A stretch of 63,529 bases of DNA, counting the filler, from Octopus bimaculoides (lineage: Eukaryota): NCBI RefSeq assembly GCF_001194135.2. It is 3 parts of 3 records of this genome, joined end to end, with 100 filler letters (N's around TTAATTAATTAA, not from the genome) between each part and the next. Parts side by side here need not be neighbours in the genome. Positions count along the whole stretch, not along the records: positions 30,300 to 49,715 come from NC_068994.1; 2 more parts are not named here. One strand, 5' to 3'. Below, one piece after another: positions 35,371 to 48,650 of this stretch (positions within the stretch are counted from its first letter, which is position 1; each line of letters begins with the position of its first letter). The position numbers and the translations under genes were made by a program. Below the pieces are notes generated by a model. It was given only the letters and a program-made list of their open reading frames with translations. It had not been told where the DNA came from and made no database searches.

Positions 35371-36279
35371 TATAAGTAAATGGGTTGTGTGCGTGTGTGT
35401 TATCTGTGAGGATTTGCCACAAGGAATACAAAAAGCTGAAAGAAACTTTGCGTTTAGACTAGCTACCAATTTTTAACTGTTTATGTATATAGCAACATAT
35501 TTTCAAAGGACAGATTAATAAAAATGCTTCCATAATCCAAGTAAATGTTAAAGTGAGAGAGCTAACTGTAAATAAAGTGAAACCACACAACGAAGGCCTA
35601 TCTCTTATAGTGGATGGTAGCAGCCATGCACTCTATAAGTGGCTGAAAAGAGTCAGAAAATATTAGTTTATCAGGCAGAATAGTTTCTTGATATGGAGAA
35701 GACATGGCTAATGATATCCACTTATTGAAGTAAGCAGTATTATTTGATAACTGTAAATGAAACAACAGAAATCTGAATACACTATTGCTGACTATATTTT
35801 TAAATGAGATAATAGCAAACGGCTATGATATATTTTTACGTTATGAAATCTTCGATATCATCTTACAATTTTCTGTTTGATTTTCTTTTGTTGTGTCCAG
35901 AACATTGATATATTTTATCCTAATTCTTCTCCAAGTAACAAAATAATGCGAACAATACTTGCATATCTTTCAATATACTACTTTTTCACTAATGAAAATA
36001 TACATGAATCCGGCCGTAACGAAATAAAACCCTAACAAAAACTCAAGAACTAGCACCGAATATTTATGTCCTTCAAGCATATTTTAACACAGAAAATGTA
36101 TGGTACGGGATTTACTTGTTTAAAATCTATGCACGGGTGTAAAATCAACATTAAACGTAGTTACGAACGATGCACCATTTATGATAGGAACTTAAAAGGG
36201 AATTGTTTCTTTACTCAAGAAAGACATGGATGAGAGTCCACAGGATTCTAATAGCTTAATAATCTTTTAATCTTTCAAT

Positions 36280-36468
36280 CTTTTACTTGTTTCAGTCATT
36301 AGACTGCAGCCATGTTGGGGCATCACCTTGAGGGAATTTAGTCGAACTAATCGACCCCAGTACTTATTTCGTTTTTAAACCTGGTACGTATAGCATATGC
36401 CTCTTTTGCCGAACCGCTGAGTTATGTGGACGTAAACACACTAATACCGGTTCTCAGTCGGTGGTGGG

Positions 36469-36513
<45 letters not shown>

Positions 36514-36746
36514 GCCAATTCAAAGAACAAACAATTAGAAAACAGAGAAAAAAGAAAAAACATAGGGGTGTGCACAAGCAATATATTAATCTGTCGCTCG
36601 GTGAAAGGGGAGAGTTGTTAACGTATCGAGCATAGATCTTCATCGGAAAGAGAAAAGTCCAAAGCGAAAGAAAAAAAATAAGGGAAAATTATCAACAATC
36701 TACGTGCGTTTACATTTCAGGGTTATATTCGCGCGCACGTGCACAC

Positions 36747-36786
<40 letters not shown>

Positions 36787-36885
36787 GACAGGCTTCTTTC
36801 AATTTCCGTCTACCGAACACAAGGTTTTGGTCGGCCCAAGACTATAGTAGAAGACACTCGCCCATGGTGTGTCAGTATTTTTATT
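36280..36885 (-). mobile_element. CORE-type SINE sequence with (CA)n tracts, CpG-retaining
   Basis: 3' module 36280-36470 and core 36785-36885, in reverse complement. Confidence 0.8.
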
Positions 36886-37971
36886 CACCAAGCATAGGGC
36901 AGCGACCTGGCAGAATCGTTACCGCGTTGGACAAAATGCTTAGCAGCATTTCTTCTGCTTCTACTTTCTGAGTTCAAATGCCACCGNNNNNNNNNNNNNN
37001 NNNNNNNNNNNNNNNNNNNNNNNNNNNNNNNNNNNNNNNNNNNNNNNNNNNNNNNNNNNNNNNNNNNNNNNNNNNNNNNNNNNNNNNNNNNNNNNNNNNN
37101 NNNNNNNNNNNNNNNNNNNNNNNNNNNNNNNNNNNNNNNNNNNNNNNNNNNNNNNNNNNNNNNNNNNNNNNNNNNNNNNNNNNNNNNNNNNNNNNNNNNN
37201 NNNNNNNNNNNNNNNNNNNNNNNNNNNNNNNNNNNNNNNNNNNNNNNNNNNNNNNNNNNNNNNNNNNNNNNNNNNNNNNNNNNNNNNNNNNNNNNNNNNN
37301 NNNNNNNNNNNNNNNNNNNNNNNNNNNNNNNNNNNNNNNNNNNNNNNNNNNNNNNNNNNNNNNNNNNNNNNNNNNNNNNNNNNNNNNNNNNNNNNNNNNN
37401 NNNNNNNNNNNNNNNNNNNNNNNNNNNNNNNNNNNNNNNNNNNNNNNNNNNNNNNNNNNNNNNNNNNNNNNNNNNNNNNNNNNNNNNNNNNNNNNNNNNN
37501 NNNNNNNNNNNNNNNNNNNNNNNNNNNNNNNNNNNNNNNNNNNNNNNNNNNNNNNNNNNNNNNNNNNNNNNNNNNNNNNNNNNNNNNNNNNNNNNNNNNN
37601 NNNNNNNNNNNNNNNNNNNNNNNNNNNNNNNNNNNNNNNNNNNNNNNNNNNNNNNNNNNNNNNNNNNNNNNNNNNNNNNNNNNNNNNNNNNNNNNNNNNN
37701 NNNNNNNNNNNNNNNNNNNNNNNNNNNNNNNNNNNNNNNNNNNNNNNNNNNNNNNNNNNNNNNNNNNNNNNNNNNNNNNNNNNNNNNNNNNNNNNNNNNN
37801 NNNNNNNNNNNNNNNNNNNNNNNNNNNNNNNNNNNNNNNNNNNNNNNNNNNNNNNNNNNNNNNNNNNNNNNNNNNNNNNNNNNNNNNNNNNNNNNNNNNN
37901 NNNNNNNNNNNNNNNNNNNNNNNNNNNNNNNNNNNNNNNNNNNNNNNNNNNNNNNNNNNNNNNNNNNNNNN

Positions 37972-38027
<56 letters not shown>

Positions 38028-38499
38028 ATTCCGTGAATGTGTTATCTGTTTTGGTCAGATATTCCAAATTAAAGTTTATCTCAATAATAAATCTTACACT
38101 TATTTTCCTAAATTTTCTCAGTATTTGAACTGCTTGTTCTACATTTGTCATGAATGGATCATGAAATATCACTATGTCTAGCATATGAGTATCCACCACT
38201 GAGATGATCTAATAAGATCGAAATCCCGTAATATGGTGGTCTCCGAGCTAGGATGGTAAGGAGTTCTCTCCCTGTTTGCAATATATATCGAGTGCGAAGC
38301 GCACTGAATAGCCAGCTGGATGAAGCATCCTCCTGGGATTAAAATAGCAGTATCGTCTGTTCTTAAAGAACACCTACGTTTAAGTAACAATAAACATTAC
38401 TTCTCAGTATAAATACTGATTCCATCTCTAATAGAGATATTTTTAACAAACTAGTTTGCTAATTCATCATTAAAATCATGAATCATGGTAATATTGGTT

Positions 38500-38730
38500 T
38501 CAAATTTTGGCACTAAGTCAGCAATTTTTGGGCACGGGGTAAGTCATTTACATCGAGCACAGTACTCAACTGGTATAAAACAAGTTGAGCACAGTATTCA
38601 ACTTATTTTATTGACCCCGAAAGAATGAAAGGCAAAGTCGACCTCGGCGGAATTTGAACTAAGGACGTAAGAACGGACAAAGGTCGATAAGATTTTGTCC
38701 CGCGTGCTATCGATTCTGCCAACTCACCAC
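38500..38730 (-). mobile_element. tRNA-derived SINE (GGCGGCGAGCTGG family)
   Basis: GACCCCGAAAGAATGAAAGGCAAAGTCGACCTCGGCGGAATTTGAAC. Confidence 0.8.
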
Positions 38731-38842
38731 TTTGAATCATGATAATATTTACACTCAACATACACTGCACATGAGGGGATCTCCGTCGATTAAGATTGAC
38801 CTTTTTCTCTACAATTGTATGCAGGCCTGAACAATTATTATT

Positions 38843-39471
38843 ATTATTATTGAGTGAGAGAGCAATGCATGCCATCAAAGTGACGCTGGGGTAAAATATA
38901 CGAAGCCCATTATACCCATCATGACTACCCGTCTGATAAGGGTACACCAGGCACATGCATCACAACCATATGTGCGCGACATGGTGATCTCATATCAAGA
39001 TAATCTGCGCATGACCTCGCAGGTGGGGCCCAGTTAGAATTTTTTTCAGGTCGAGTAGCCCATCCCGCTCAAAAGGTCCCTGAATAAGGTTTGTTTAACG
39101 ATGTTGAGTAAAACACCCATGTTTCCAAAGGTGAATTATTCAAACCCCAAAGNNNNNNNNNNNNNNNNNNNNNNNNNNNNNNNNNNNNNNNNNNNNNNNN
39201 NNNNNNACCCCAAAGAATTCCTCTCAACACATGGCCATGATGCTCCCCCACTACTTCTGCTCATGATCATAGATGCACATATCGTCAGCCACCAAGGGAC
39301 ATGCTCAACTGGTTAAGGTCAAACAAGTGACAAGCAAATATGTGGTATTGAGCAGAATATTTGCCGTAGCCCATCTTTTATACTAAGACAAAACAATGTA
39401 CATGATAACACTTCCAATCAGTTAAGATCAGAAGCCATGAGAGTCACTGCCTGGTACTGCATCCGGGCATC

Positions 39472-39475
<4 letters not shown>
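38843..39475 (+). mobile_element. About 600-bp dispersed element flanked by (ATT)n on both sides
   Basis: Reverse-complement copy at 55965-56505 and partial copy at 56890-57050. Confidence 0.85.
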
Positions 39476-39521
<46 letters not shown>

Positions 39522-41299
39522 GAGGACAGTCTGTTGCTATGCTTCCAAGTGTGCAAATCTCCAGCCTCCCCTTTCCTCAGCACCGGTGTTATGCAAGTGA
39601 AAGGCCACTGTCTTGCATCAGTGACCTTGCAAGCATTACTGATAGGAGGACACAAACAGACGGAACAGGTACCCCAATACAACTTGCCTGACCCTCTAGC
39701 AGATCCGCCATTTCCTTACCTTCGATTGGCGTTTTTTATCAACTACGAAAAGGTGAAAAACAAGGTTGATCTCAGGGTGATTTGAACTTATCCAGAGAAT
39801 TGGGAAAATATGGTGATGTATTTTCTTCAACACTCTAACGATTCTACCAGTAAGCCGCCTTCAACAACCAGCATCCACCTCACACATTCACACACACAGA
39901 CACAAAATACACACAACACAACACACACATACAAACACATCACAACACAACACACTCATACACCAGACACTCACTCACTCACACACACACACACACACAC
40001 GACACAACACAACACACATACATATGTCAAACAAACAATCAAATCAGTCACTTCTCATCCAGTGTTGAATAAAGTAAAGGCTTTTTCTTTATCTCCTCTT
40101 CACTTTCCGCTTTCGGCGCCTAATCACTAACTTTTGTATTTGTTCAGTACTTGTAGATGTCTCGTGCATATATTTGCTTTGTCATCAGTATGCTTTTTAG
40201 TGAATCCCCACATTTGTGAGGGACCTCTTTTCATCGGCTACGAATGATTCGTTGCGTTTCTGTGAATTATAATTTACTCTACACAGTCTTTCTCTTAGAT
40301 GTAAGGAGTAGATAACTAGAGAAAGTTAGATTCAATATACTGATATCTTATCTTAAAAGCATGTTTAGACTTGGGAAGTATTTATCTCAAGCATTTATTT
40401 TCAATTAGGCTCACTCTGCGGGCCAAACTGAAGCATAAACTGGATTTTGTGAGCCTGGTAGGGAAAATTATTCCTAAAATATCTATTCATAATGTAGATC
40501 GAACTAATTTAATGAAGGGATCAATATAACAACTTTATTAAAAAATAGAGAAAAAGATTGAGTTGTTAATAAAGTTTGTGAGCAGTGATGTGTAAGAAAG
40601 ACTGACCCACACGATATATACACAATCCTATAGTCTAAGAGTCTTTAGAAAAAGAACGAAGTTAAATATTATCTAAATGAATGTATGCAGTTCTCGAGAA
40701 AATAGGTTTCAGCTTGCATGGTCTCAGTTGCAAAACTTTAGATGATTGAACACGTGCGTGGATTTGATAAAAAAAAAAAAAGCTATTTGCTCGGAACGTA
40801 TATACATAGTAAAAGGAAAATAGATCCCATCTTTTAGTGTATGGATCTATAGGCTTTTTTTAAAAAAGTTTATTTATTGGTTGAGATAAGGACAAGTTCC
40901 CTGAGTTACACCTATTTTACTAACCGGAACCGGTGTTAATTCCGACTCTGGTCCATTTCCGATTCTACTAACTTTGTAGACAGTGTATATTCTATAAAAT
41001 ATTCTAAAATTACGGATTAAGAATAACAGTTTGTTTTATAAAATTTAGCCAGGGACCAGACTAAACCTTGTTGCAAACTGTATGTTTGTCTTTTATATGT
41101 ATTTTACCTATGCATGTTTGAATAGACAAGAACTGGCAAATACATTATCTAAGTAAATGAGTCATTTCGATTCCATGGCAGCCTGTGTACAAAATCAACT
41201 GACACTGACTGAGTCCATATTTTATGGATCTCGTTATGATATGAAAAATAAATTTAATTAAAATAGGTTTCAGACTTTATTCTCAAAGAGAAATTCAAT

Positions 41300-41522
41300 T
41301 CCTTTGTATAATGATGGTTTCAAATTTTGCCACAGGGGCAGCCATTTTGGGGGAAGAGACTAACCGACTACATCGACCCTTTGCTTCACTGGTACTTAAT
41401 TTACCGAGTCCAAAAGGATGAAAGGCAAAGTCAACCTCAGTGGAATTCGAACTCAGAACGTAGCGGCGGGCGAAATACCGCCAAGCATTTAGTCCAGTGC
41501 GATAACGATTCTGCCCGCTCGC
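41300..41522 (-). mobile_element. tRNA-derived SINE (GGCGGCGAGCTGG family)
   Basis: GGATGAAAGGCAAAGTCAACCTCAGTGGAATTCGAACTCAGAACG. Confidence 0.8.
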
Positions 41523-42299
41523 AGTCTTATTCCTTTGTATAATACGAAACTGTATTATCGTAATCATATATATTATTATTCAAATTATGTACATTTAGTA
41601 ATAATATATTACTCATTTTTGTTTTCTTTCTTTGTAAACTAGAAAGTGTCAAAACGTTTCCACATTATAGAATATAATACTGCTAAGAAATACAGCAAAG
41701 TTGAATGCATCGGTATATGTGTTGTTCTTTTTTATGACAAACATGACTCGCGCAATCTGTTTCAGTTTCAACATACGAACTTAGATCATGTCACTTGCCA
41801 AGCAAGTATAATTCCTATATATTCATTTATTATTATTAATAAGCACATTTAAGCAAACAAGCATAACATCAAGAAACAATTTACAAATTAATATAATCAA
41901 AACACACAAAATAATCATGAAAAAAAAACTCCTCATAACTTGACACACAAAATACAATAGCGGTTACAACTCTTCTGCTTTCACGCTCACATCTTCTAGT
42001 CCTTTCAGGAAATCTATATAGGTGACATAGTTCTAATTTCACTGAACGGCTTTTCGCTTAATCCATTTTTCACTTATATCGAAGCTTCTGCCTCACGTTA
42101 TCTTCACAAGTTATGAGTAATACTCAAACGTCATTTTAAACACACAAAATCCATTTCACTTTTCTCAAATCAATAAAAACCTAACACACACACGTACACA
42201 CACTCTCATACACACACACTCATACATACACATACATATGTATTATATATATACATATGTATATATACACATACATATGTATTATATATATACATATGC

Positions 42300-42358
<59 letters not shown>

Positions 42359-42439
42359 CAATACTAACGTGCACACATACGTATGCATGCATATACATAA
42401 GTATATATGTGTATGAGTGTATGTATGTATATATATATT

Positions 42440-42830
42440 CTTTTATTTGTTTCAGTCATTTGACTTCGGCCATGTTGGAACACCACCTTAAGGGGTTTTA
42501 GTCGAACAAATCGACCCAAGGACTTTTCTTTGTAAGCCTAGTACTTATTCTATCGGTCTTTTGCCGAACCACTAGGTTATGGGGGACATAAAGAGACTAA
42601 CATCGGTAGTCAAGCGATGGTAGGAGGACAAACACAGATACAAACACACACACACGCGCTCATATACGACGGGTATCTTTCAGTTTTCGTCTACCAAATC
42701 CACTCACACGGCTTTGATTGGCCCAAGGCTATAATAGAAGGCACTTACCCAAGGTGTTTGGTAGTGGGACTGAACCCGAAACCATGTTGTTGGGAAGCAA
42801 GCTTCTTACCACACAGCCACGTCTGCGCCT
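42440..42830 (-). mobile_element. Near full-length CORE-type SINE
   Basis: 3' module, short (CA) tract, core and head in reverse complement. Confidence 0.85.
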
Positions 42831-42839
42831 ATACATACA

Positions 42840-42919
<80 letters not shown>

Positions 42920-42925
42920 TGTGTG

Positions 42926-43150
42926 TACACAAGGTGTATTCCATAAGTTTTGTATCTCTGCCAGGGTAGGCACTTATTGATTTCAAAGAAGTACAAAATC
43001 TTTAATCTCTTTCCACATTGGATCCTCTGATTTCAATGCACTTGTAGCGCTGAAACTACTTCGTGAAGGCCCCATGAAAGTCCTGCTGTGTGAAGGTGTC
43101 CAGGACCATTGTCACAGCCTCCTTCATCTCCTTCAGCTTGAAGAACAGTC
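42926..43150 (-). mobile_element. Mariner (DD34D-type) 3' end relic
   Basis: LKEMKEAVTMVLDTFTQQDFHGAFTK-FQRYKCIEI resembles a mariner transposase C-terminus. Confidence 0.6.
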
Positions 43151-43179
43151 AAAAGTCACAGGGTCCACATGGTAAGTTT

Positions 43180-44090
43180 TAATGTCTAGAATATATTAAA
43201 GAAGGTTTAATGCAGTACGTGGGCTAAGTGTTCATACAATTTACCATCAAGATATTCACAGCTAACTGGAGATAGGCATGACTGAGGGTTATACTTTTAC
43301 GACCCTTCTTTTAGTGGTGGTTATGACGGGGGGATACTGAGTGATAGAAAATTACATAGTGAAAACACATCGGACTGCAACCAACACTAGATTTTATGAA
43401 TAATCATAACACGGAGAGAATTAAAAAATTTCTTGGCCTGGCTGGATGGTCACTTCCAAGAAAATTTCCAAAATTCAGAGCGGGTTAGAAAATTCGTCTT
43501 TTTAATTGGAGGAAAGAAATCGTTAACAATCGAAGGAAAGGCCATTAGGAACTCTGGCTGCATCTGCGCAGTTCCCTTATATGATACCAGGGAAAATGTT
43601 GACATCGAAGTCTTGCAAATAAAGGGACCAATTGCCACTAACGATTGCTGTTGGCAAGGAAGTTCATGATATGATGAATGCAATGTCCTCGAAAGTAACT
43701 ACATATTCACATTGTTTTGCGAGAATTGGTTTATTCATTGTTACAGTAAAACTCCAGCTGACTTCGTCATCGTGGGTATAAGAGCTTAAGATAGCAAATT
43801 CTTGCAGTCATATGATGCTAACAGATTTTCTGCTCACCCATCATTTCTTATACTCATGTCCTTCCTGCGACGGAAAAACTTAGGGTGGATTGGATCAGAT
43901 ACAAACAAACGAACGTCTCGCTTGAATAACAAAGTAAATGAAATATCATAGCCAAAGAAATCTGGCAGACTGATGTGGAAGTGCACGCGATAACAAATAG
44001 CGGGATTAGGAAGCCAATGCACATGGGGATCATACTCGACAAATGAGCAACGGAAGCTATCATGGAACATATTTTCGAGAGTAGAGACAG
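43180..44090 (+). mobile_element. Decayed RLE-type LINE, HERO-like
   Basis: AWLDGHFQENFQNSERVRKF and LIGGKKSLTIEGKAIRNSG resemble the WARMKFKP-KSRSL / I-G-IPT-EKPVKSLG post-RT motifs; heavily frameshifted. Confidence 0.45.
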
Positions 44091-46095
44091 TTGGGTTATA
44101 ACTATTCAGATTGTGTACAATTTGCGTCCACTATGCCCAATCAAAATTGACCCAATTAATTTTTTTAGAAAATTCTGGCAGAATGTAAGTCATTCATAGC
44201 AGAATATAGTGGCAGTATACGTGTACTAAGATAGTAATACAGTGTTGCCAATGCGGTGGAAATCAGCAACATCTAGTATCATTTTTTACAGAAGGAAGAC
44301 AAGAAAAAATATTTCGGGTAAAATAAAAAACTGGACCTAGACTTCGGAGTGGTGCTAATACCTTGAAGGTGTAGGTGACTTAGAGAAAATACTAGTGTTC
44401 TTAAACTATGAAGTGAGCAACAACTTGGCTTTAATAATTCTTCTTTTTATGAAGAAGAAATATGTTGACTTTCGTAGACACTTGGAGACTGGTGAGATCG
44501 TCGCAGGTAATGTTCTTTTGGATAGGCTGACAGAAGAAAGACCTGGGGAGAGTGGTTTTTCGGATAGTTTTTCGTGATTGAGTGACAACATTGCGATCGA
44601 TTCTTCTATCATTTCCTCTCTCACCAGCTAGAAATTGTTAGTGTTGTACCATAAGAAAATTCATGAGGGGTCACTCACAGCAGCCACTTCCCAAGAAATT
44701 TCTTGTATAAGAATGACATCCAACAAGAACTGCCGATGTCTGGGCTGATGTGCNNNNNNNNNNNNNNNNNNNNNNNNNNNNNNNNNNNNNNNNNNNNNNN
44801 NNNNNNNNNNNNNNNNNNNNNNNNNNNNNNNNNNNNNNNNNNNNNNNNNNNNNNNNNNNNNNNNNNNNNNNNNNNNNNNNNNNNNNNNNNNNNNNNNNNN
44901 NNNNNNNNNNNNNNNNNNNNNNNNNNNNNNNNNNNNNNNNNNNNNNNNNNNNNNNNNNNNNNNNNNNNNNNNNNNNNNNNNNNNNNNNNNNNNNNNNNNN
45001 NNNNNNNNNNNNNNNNNNNNNNNNNNNNNNNNNNNNNNNNNNNNNNNNNNNNNNNNNNNNNNNNNNNNNNNNNNNNNNNNNNNNNNNNNNNNNNNNNNNN
45101 NNNNNNNNNNNNNNNNNNNNNNNNNNNNNNNNNNNNNNNNNNNNNNNNNNNNNNNNNNNNNNNNNNNNNNNNNNNNNNNNNNNNNNNNNNNNNNNNNNNN
45201 NNNNNNNNNNNNNNNNNNNNNNNNNNNNNNNNNNNNNNNNNNNNNNNNNNNNNNNNNNNNNNNNNNNNNNNNNNNNNNNNNNNNNNNNNNNNNNNNNNNN
45301 NNNNNNNNATATATATATATATACATGTATGTACGTATGTATGTATGTATGTATGTATGTATGTATGTATGTATACACACACTGACACACACACACAGAC
45401 ACACACATATATACACTAGTAGAAAGGCCACCTTCCAGCAGTGGTTTTCTACTAGTTGCTAAATAGTATTTACATATTTGATTCACAATTTGCATAATCT
45501 TTCCGTTACATCTAATTTTCCTTTGTATCTTATATTCGTTTAATAGTATTCACTTGTTCAGTAAATTCAATGCGTAACTAGAGAACTCTGCTCCACTGAA
45601 TTTGTTTCCTCATAATCTTATGAAAAACGAATATTTCTAATGAAAGTTTCTTCAAATACGTTTCAGACGGTATATGCTATGATTATACCGGAATATGTGG
45701 TGAAAAACATCTGGGGAGAAGTGTTTCGGATAATTCACGCACTTCAAATTTCTTTCCTCATAGCGTTCATAAAAATGAGTATTTTTTAATGAAATTTTCT
45801 ACCAATAACTTTTAGATGGTTTAGATTACGATTTTATAAGAATTTAGTATGAAAAAAACTGAGGAGAAACGTATTTTTCACGCGTCTCGACTTTCTTTCC
45901 ATATCGTTTAGATGATTTAATTACAATTATGTTGAAAAAAAGTACTTTTGAGACCTATGTGTTTCCTGCTGTTTCTAGCATACTATACGAAATCGTATGG
46001 GATGGACTACACTTGAGTTTGTTTAAAGAGAGCGATTAAGATTGTAATAAAATAATGGATGAAATATCTTTTCAATAATTAGTTCTAGCATAATG

Positions 46096-46270
46096 GTGGC
46101 GAGCTGGCAAAATTTTTACAGAGCCGGACAAAATGCTTTGCGACATATCTTTCGAATTTACTTTCTTAGTTCAAAGTCTTCTGGGATCGACTTTACCTTT
46201 CGTCCCTTCCGGGGTCAATAAAATAAGTACCAGTTGAATACTGGAGTCGATATAACCGACTTACCCCCTG
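46096..46270 (+). mobile_element. tRNA-derived SINE (GGCGGCGAGCTGG family)
   Basis: GGTGGCGAGCTGGC..CCTTTCGTCCCTTCCGGGGTCAATAAAATAAGTACCAG. Confidence 0.8.
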
Positions 46271-46869
46271 CTCCGATATAATCGTAATCTACACAATCTG
46301 AAAGGTATTTGAGAATATCTCATTAAAAATATACATTTTCAGAAGGTTATGAAGAAACAAAACTAGTACGGGCTTTGTATTAACGTCCAAAGTTTCAAAC
46401 TTCCATATGTGTGCTTGGGGGGTGGGGGGGTATGTATGCGCGCTCGCTCATATGTGTGTAAGAGATTTCACACGTTCATTTATTTTTAATTATGACTCTA
46501 TGAAAGATTTTGACATTCAACATGTTTCTGTGGTGCAAAATGTGACAACACAACACTGGCAGAGTTCGCACATTTCTTATCTCACCACATAGACCATGAG
46601 AATGTGATCATCTCTATGGTGATTATCTTTTTATATTGTCTATATTTTCCCGAGCTAAATGGGACACATTCAAATACAAATGCATAACCGGGTGAATCTG
46701 AGATACTATTTGGTATGTCACATTGATCTACGAGTTGAAATTTGTAAAGAAAATTTAAAATACAGTACAGATTATGATAATGATTTTGACGTTAATAAAA
46801 ATGACCTGCATGTTAAACTACCTTGGTTGGAATCAAGTATATGTCGCTATATGTATGACTTTGTTACTT

Positions 46870-47940
46870 AGAACACTACAGAAGGCCCGCTACTTGCTTT
46901 TCTCAATTTACGTACAATACTCAGTGACATATCTGGAAGCTTCTATCGTTCCCTTAACTCTTTTGGTGAAACTAGAATCATCGCTCTTGATATCTGAAAG
47001 ACTTTTGACAGAGTGTGATAAACTGGACTGATCTATAAGCCCAGAGGCTATGGCCTGCCTTGGCCGTTCCTAAGTATAAGGTCATTTCTTTCAAATTGCA
47101 AAATGAAGGTGGTCATTGATGGCCGGCAGTTGGAATCATATGCTATCAATGCTGGAGTACCCCAAAGTTTTGTACTTGGTCCTACTCTTTTTCTCTTTTT
47201 CATTAATGATCTTCTAGACGAAATTGTTTCTAAACTGCCATCTGTGTCGATGGCATGGCTCCTTAATCTGGTCATGACAAAATTAGCGGCTTTGAGCTGG
47301 TTGTCTTTCTTAAGGATGTACATCATGCGGTCATGAAATGGGATAGTGACTGACTGGTGACTTTTAATGCTAGCAATACAAAGCTTTTGTCACTTAATCA
47401 TTATAGGTAGCAATCCTTCCCCTCCATTGGGGAAGTGGGGACTGATCTTTCAGAAAGCTATAGTATCCGACGTCATCTCTCTTGGAACAAGCACTTTCAG
47501 TCCATTGCCATGTCGACAGCCAAGAAGGTTGGATCTTTCTTCCATGCTTACAAGTTTCTTACATTGCTGTTTTCTTTGGGTTGGTGCCTCCTCCGGGTTT
47601 CTTATTTACTTGACCGAATTTAGGATCGAATCGTTAATATGGTGGGAACTCTTCTTTCTATTTAATGTGGAATCTTTGGCTCATCGTTAAAACTTATATT
47701 CGTTCTGTCTCTTCTATAAGTATTTCCATGGTGAGCTTTATCATCTGGTACCCTCTGTCAAAACCTTTAAACGTGCTTTCCGCTTCTTTTGCCAAGCGCA
47801 TCATTTCTCTGTTAAGCTTCCTGTTAGCTATAATGCCTTTATTCAGATAGCTTCTTTCTTCGAATTACTGCTCCTTGGAACTCTATCATCGCCTTCACTT
47901 CCTCTCGGCTATGATATTCGGTCCTTTAAGCTTTCTTTTC
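46870..47940 (+). mobile_element. CR1/L2-type LINE RT region, decayed
   Basis: IIALDI-KTFDRV and INAGVPQSFVLGPTLFLFFINDL (RT domains 3 and 5 region). Confidence 0.88.
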
Positions 47941-48210
47941 CTTTGTGGTTATTTCCACCAACGTGGCCGAATACAATCACATTAAAAATAAATGATAATT
48001 AATAATTAATAAATATTGTTTATTTTTGTAATTGTAATTGTGCTATTTTCGTTACAAATTAATTTGTAACTTTTTTATAATTTAATGATAGCATGTCAGA
48101 CTATTCTAGTAATACCTGACTTTGCAAGGTGTTCTATCTTGTTTAGATTGTTGCAATGATTGTTGCATTGAGAAATAAACACGGAGTCAAATTAATAATT
48201 ATTATTTCTA

Positions 48211-48650
48211 AGGCGGCGAGCTGGCAGAAACGTTAGCACACCGGGCGAAATGCTTAGCAGTATTTCATCTGGCTTTACATTCTGAGTTCAAATTCCGCCG
48301 AGGTTGACTTCGCCTTTCATCCTTTCGGGGTCGATAAATTAAGTACTAGCTGCGTCATAGAGTCGATTTAATCGACTGGCTCCCTCCCCCAAAATTTCGG
48401 GCCTTGTGCCTAGAGGAGAAAAGAATAATCATTTCTAAGGCGGTGAGCTGGCAGAAACGTTAGGACACCGAACAAAATGCTTAGCGGTATTTCGTCTGTC
48501 TTTACGTTCTGAGTTCAAGTTGAGCCGAGGTCCACTTTGCCTTTCATCCTTTCGGGGATGATAAATAAAGTACCAGTTGCGTAGTGAGGTCGATCTAATC
48601 GACTGGCCTCCCTCCCCCTTGGGCGTTGTGCCGAGAGTAGAAAAGAATAT
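48211..48650 (+). mobile_element. Head-to-tail dimer of the GGCGGCGAGCTGG SINE
   Basis: Two diverged copies with (ATT)ATTTCT at 48201, 48431 and 48653. Confidence 0.88.

Noticed and set aside
35500-35670. GLSLIVDGSS resembling a P-type ATPase motif
   Set aside because: A single short motif in a frame closed by a stop, with no clear donor and no other ATPase exons.
36961-38199. Long ORFs of 200-412 aa (also at 44.7-45.5, 53.9-54.6 and 62.0-62.9 kb)
   Set aside because: They are open only because they span N gaps and microsatellites.
44400-44640. FFIKRRIIKAKLL resembling a GIY-YIG C-terminus
   Set aside because: Too short, with no supporting upstream motifs or hammerhead; left unassigned.
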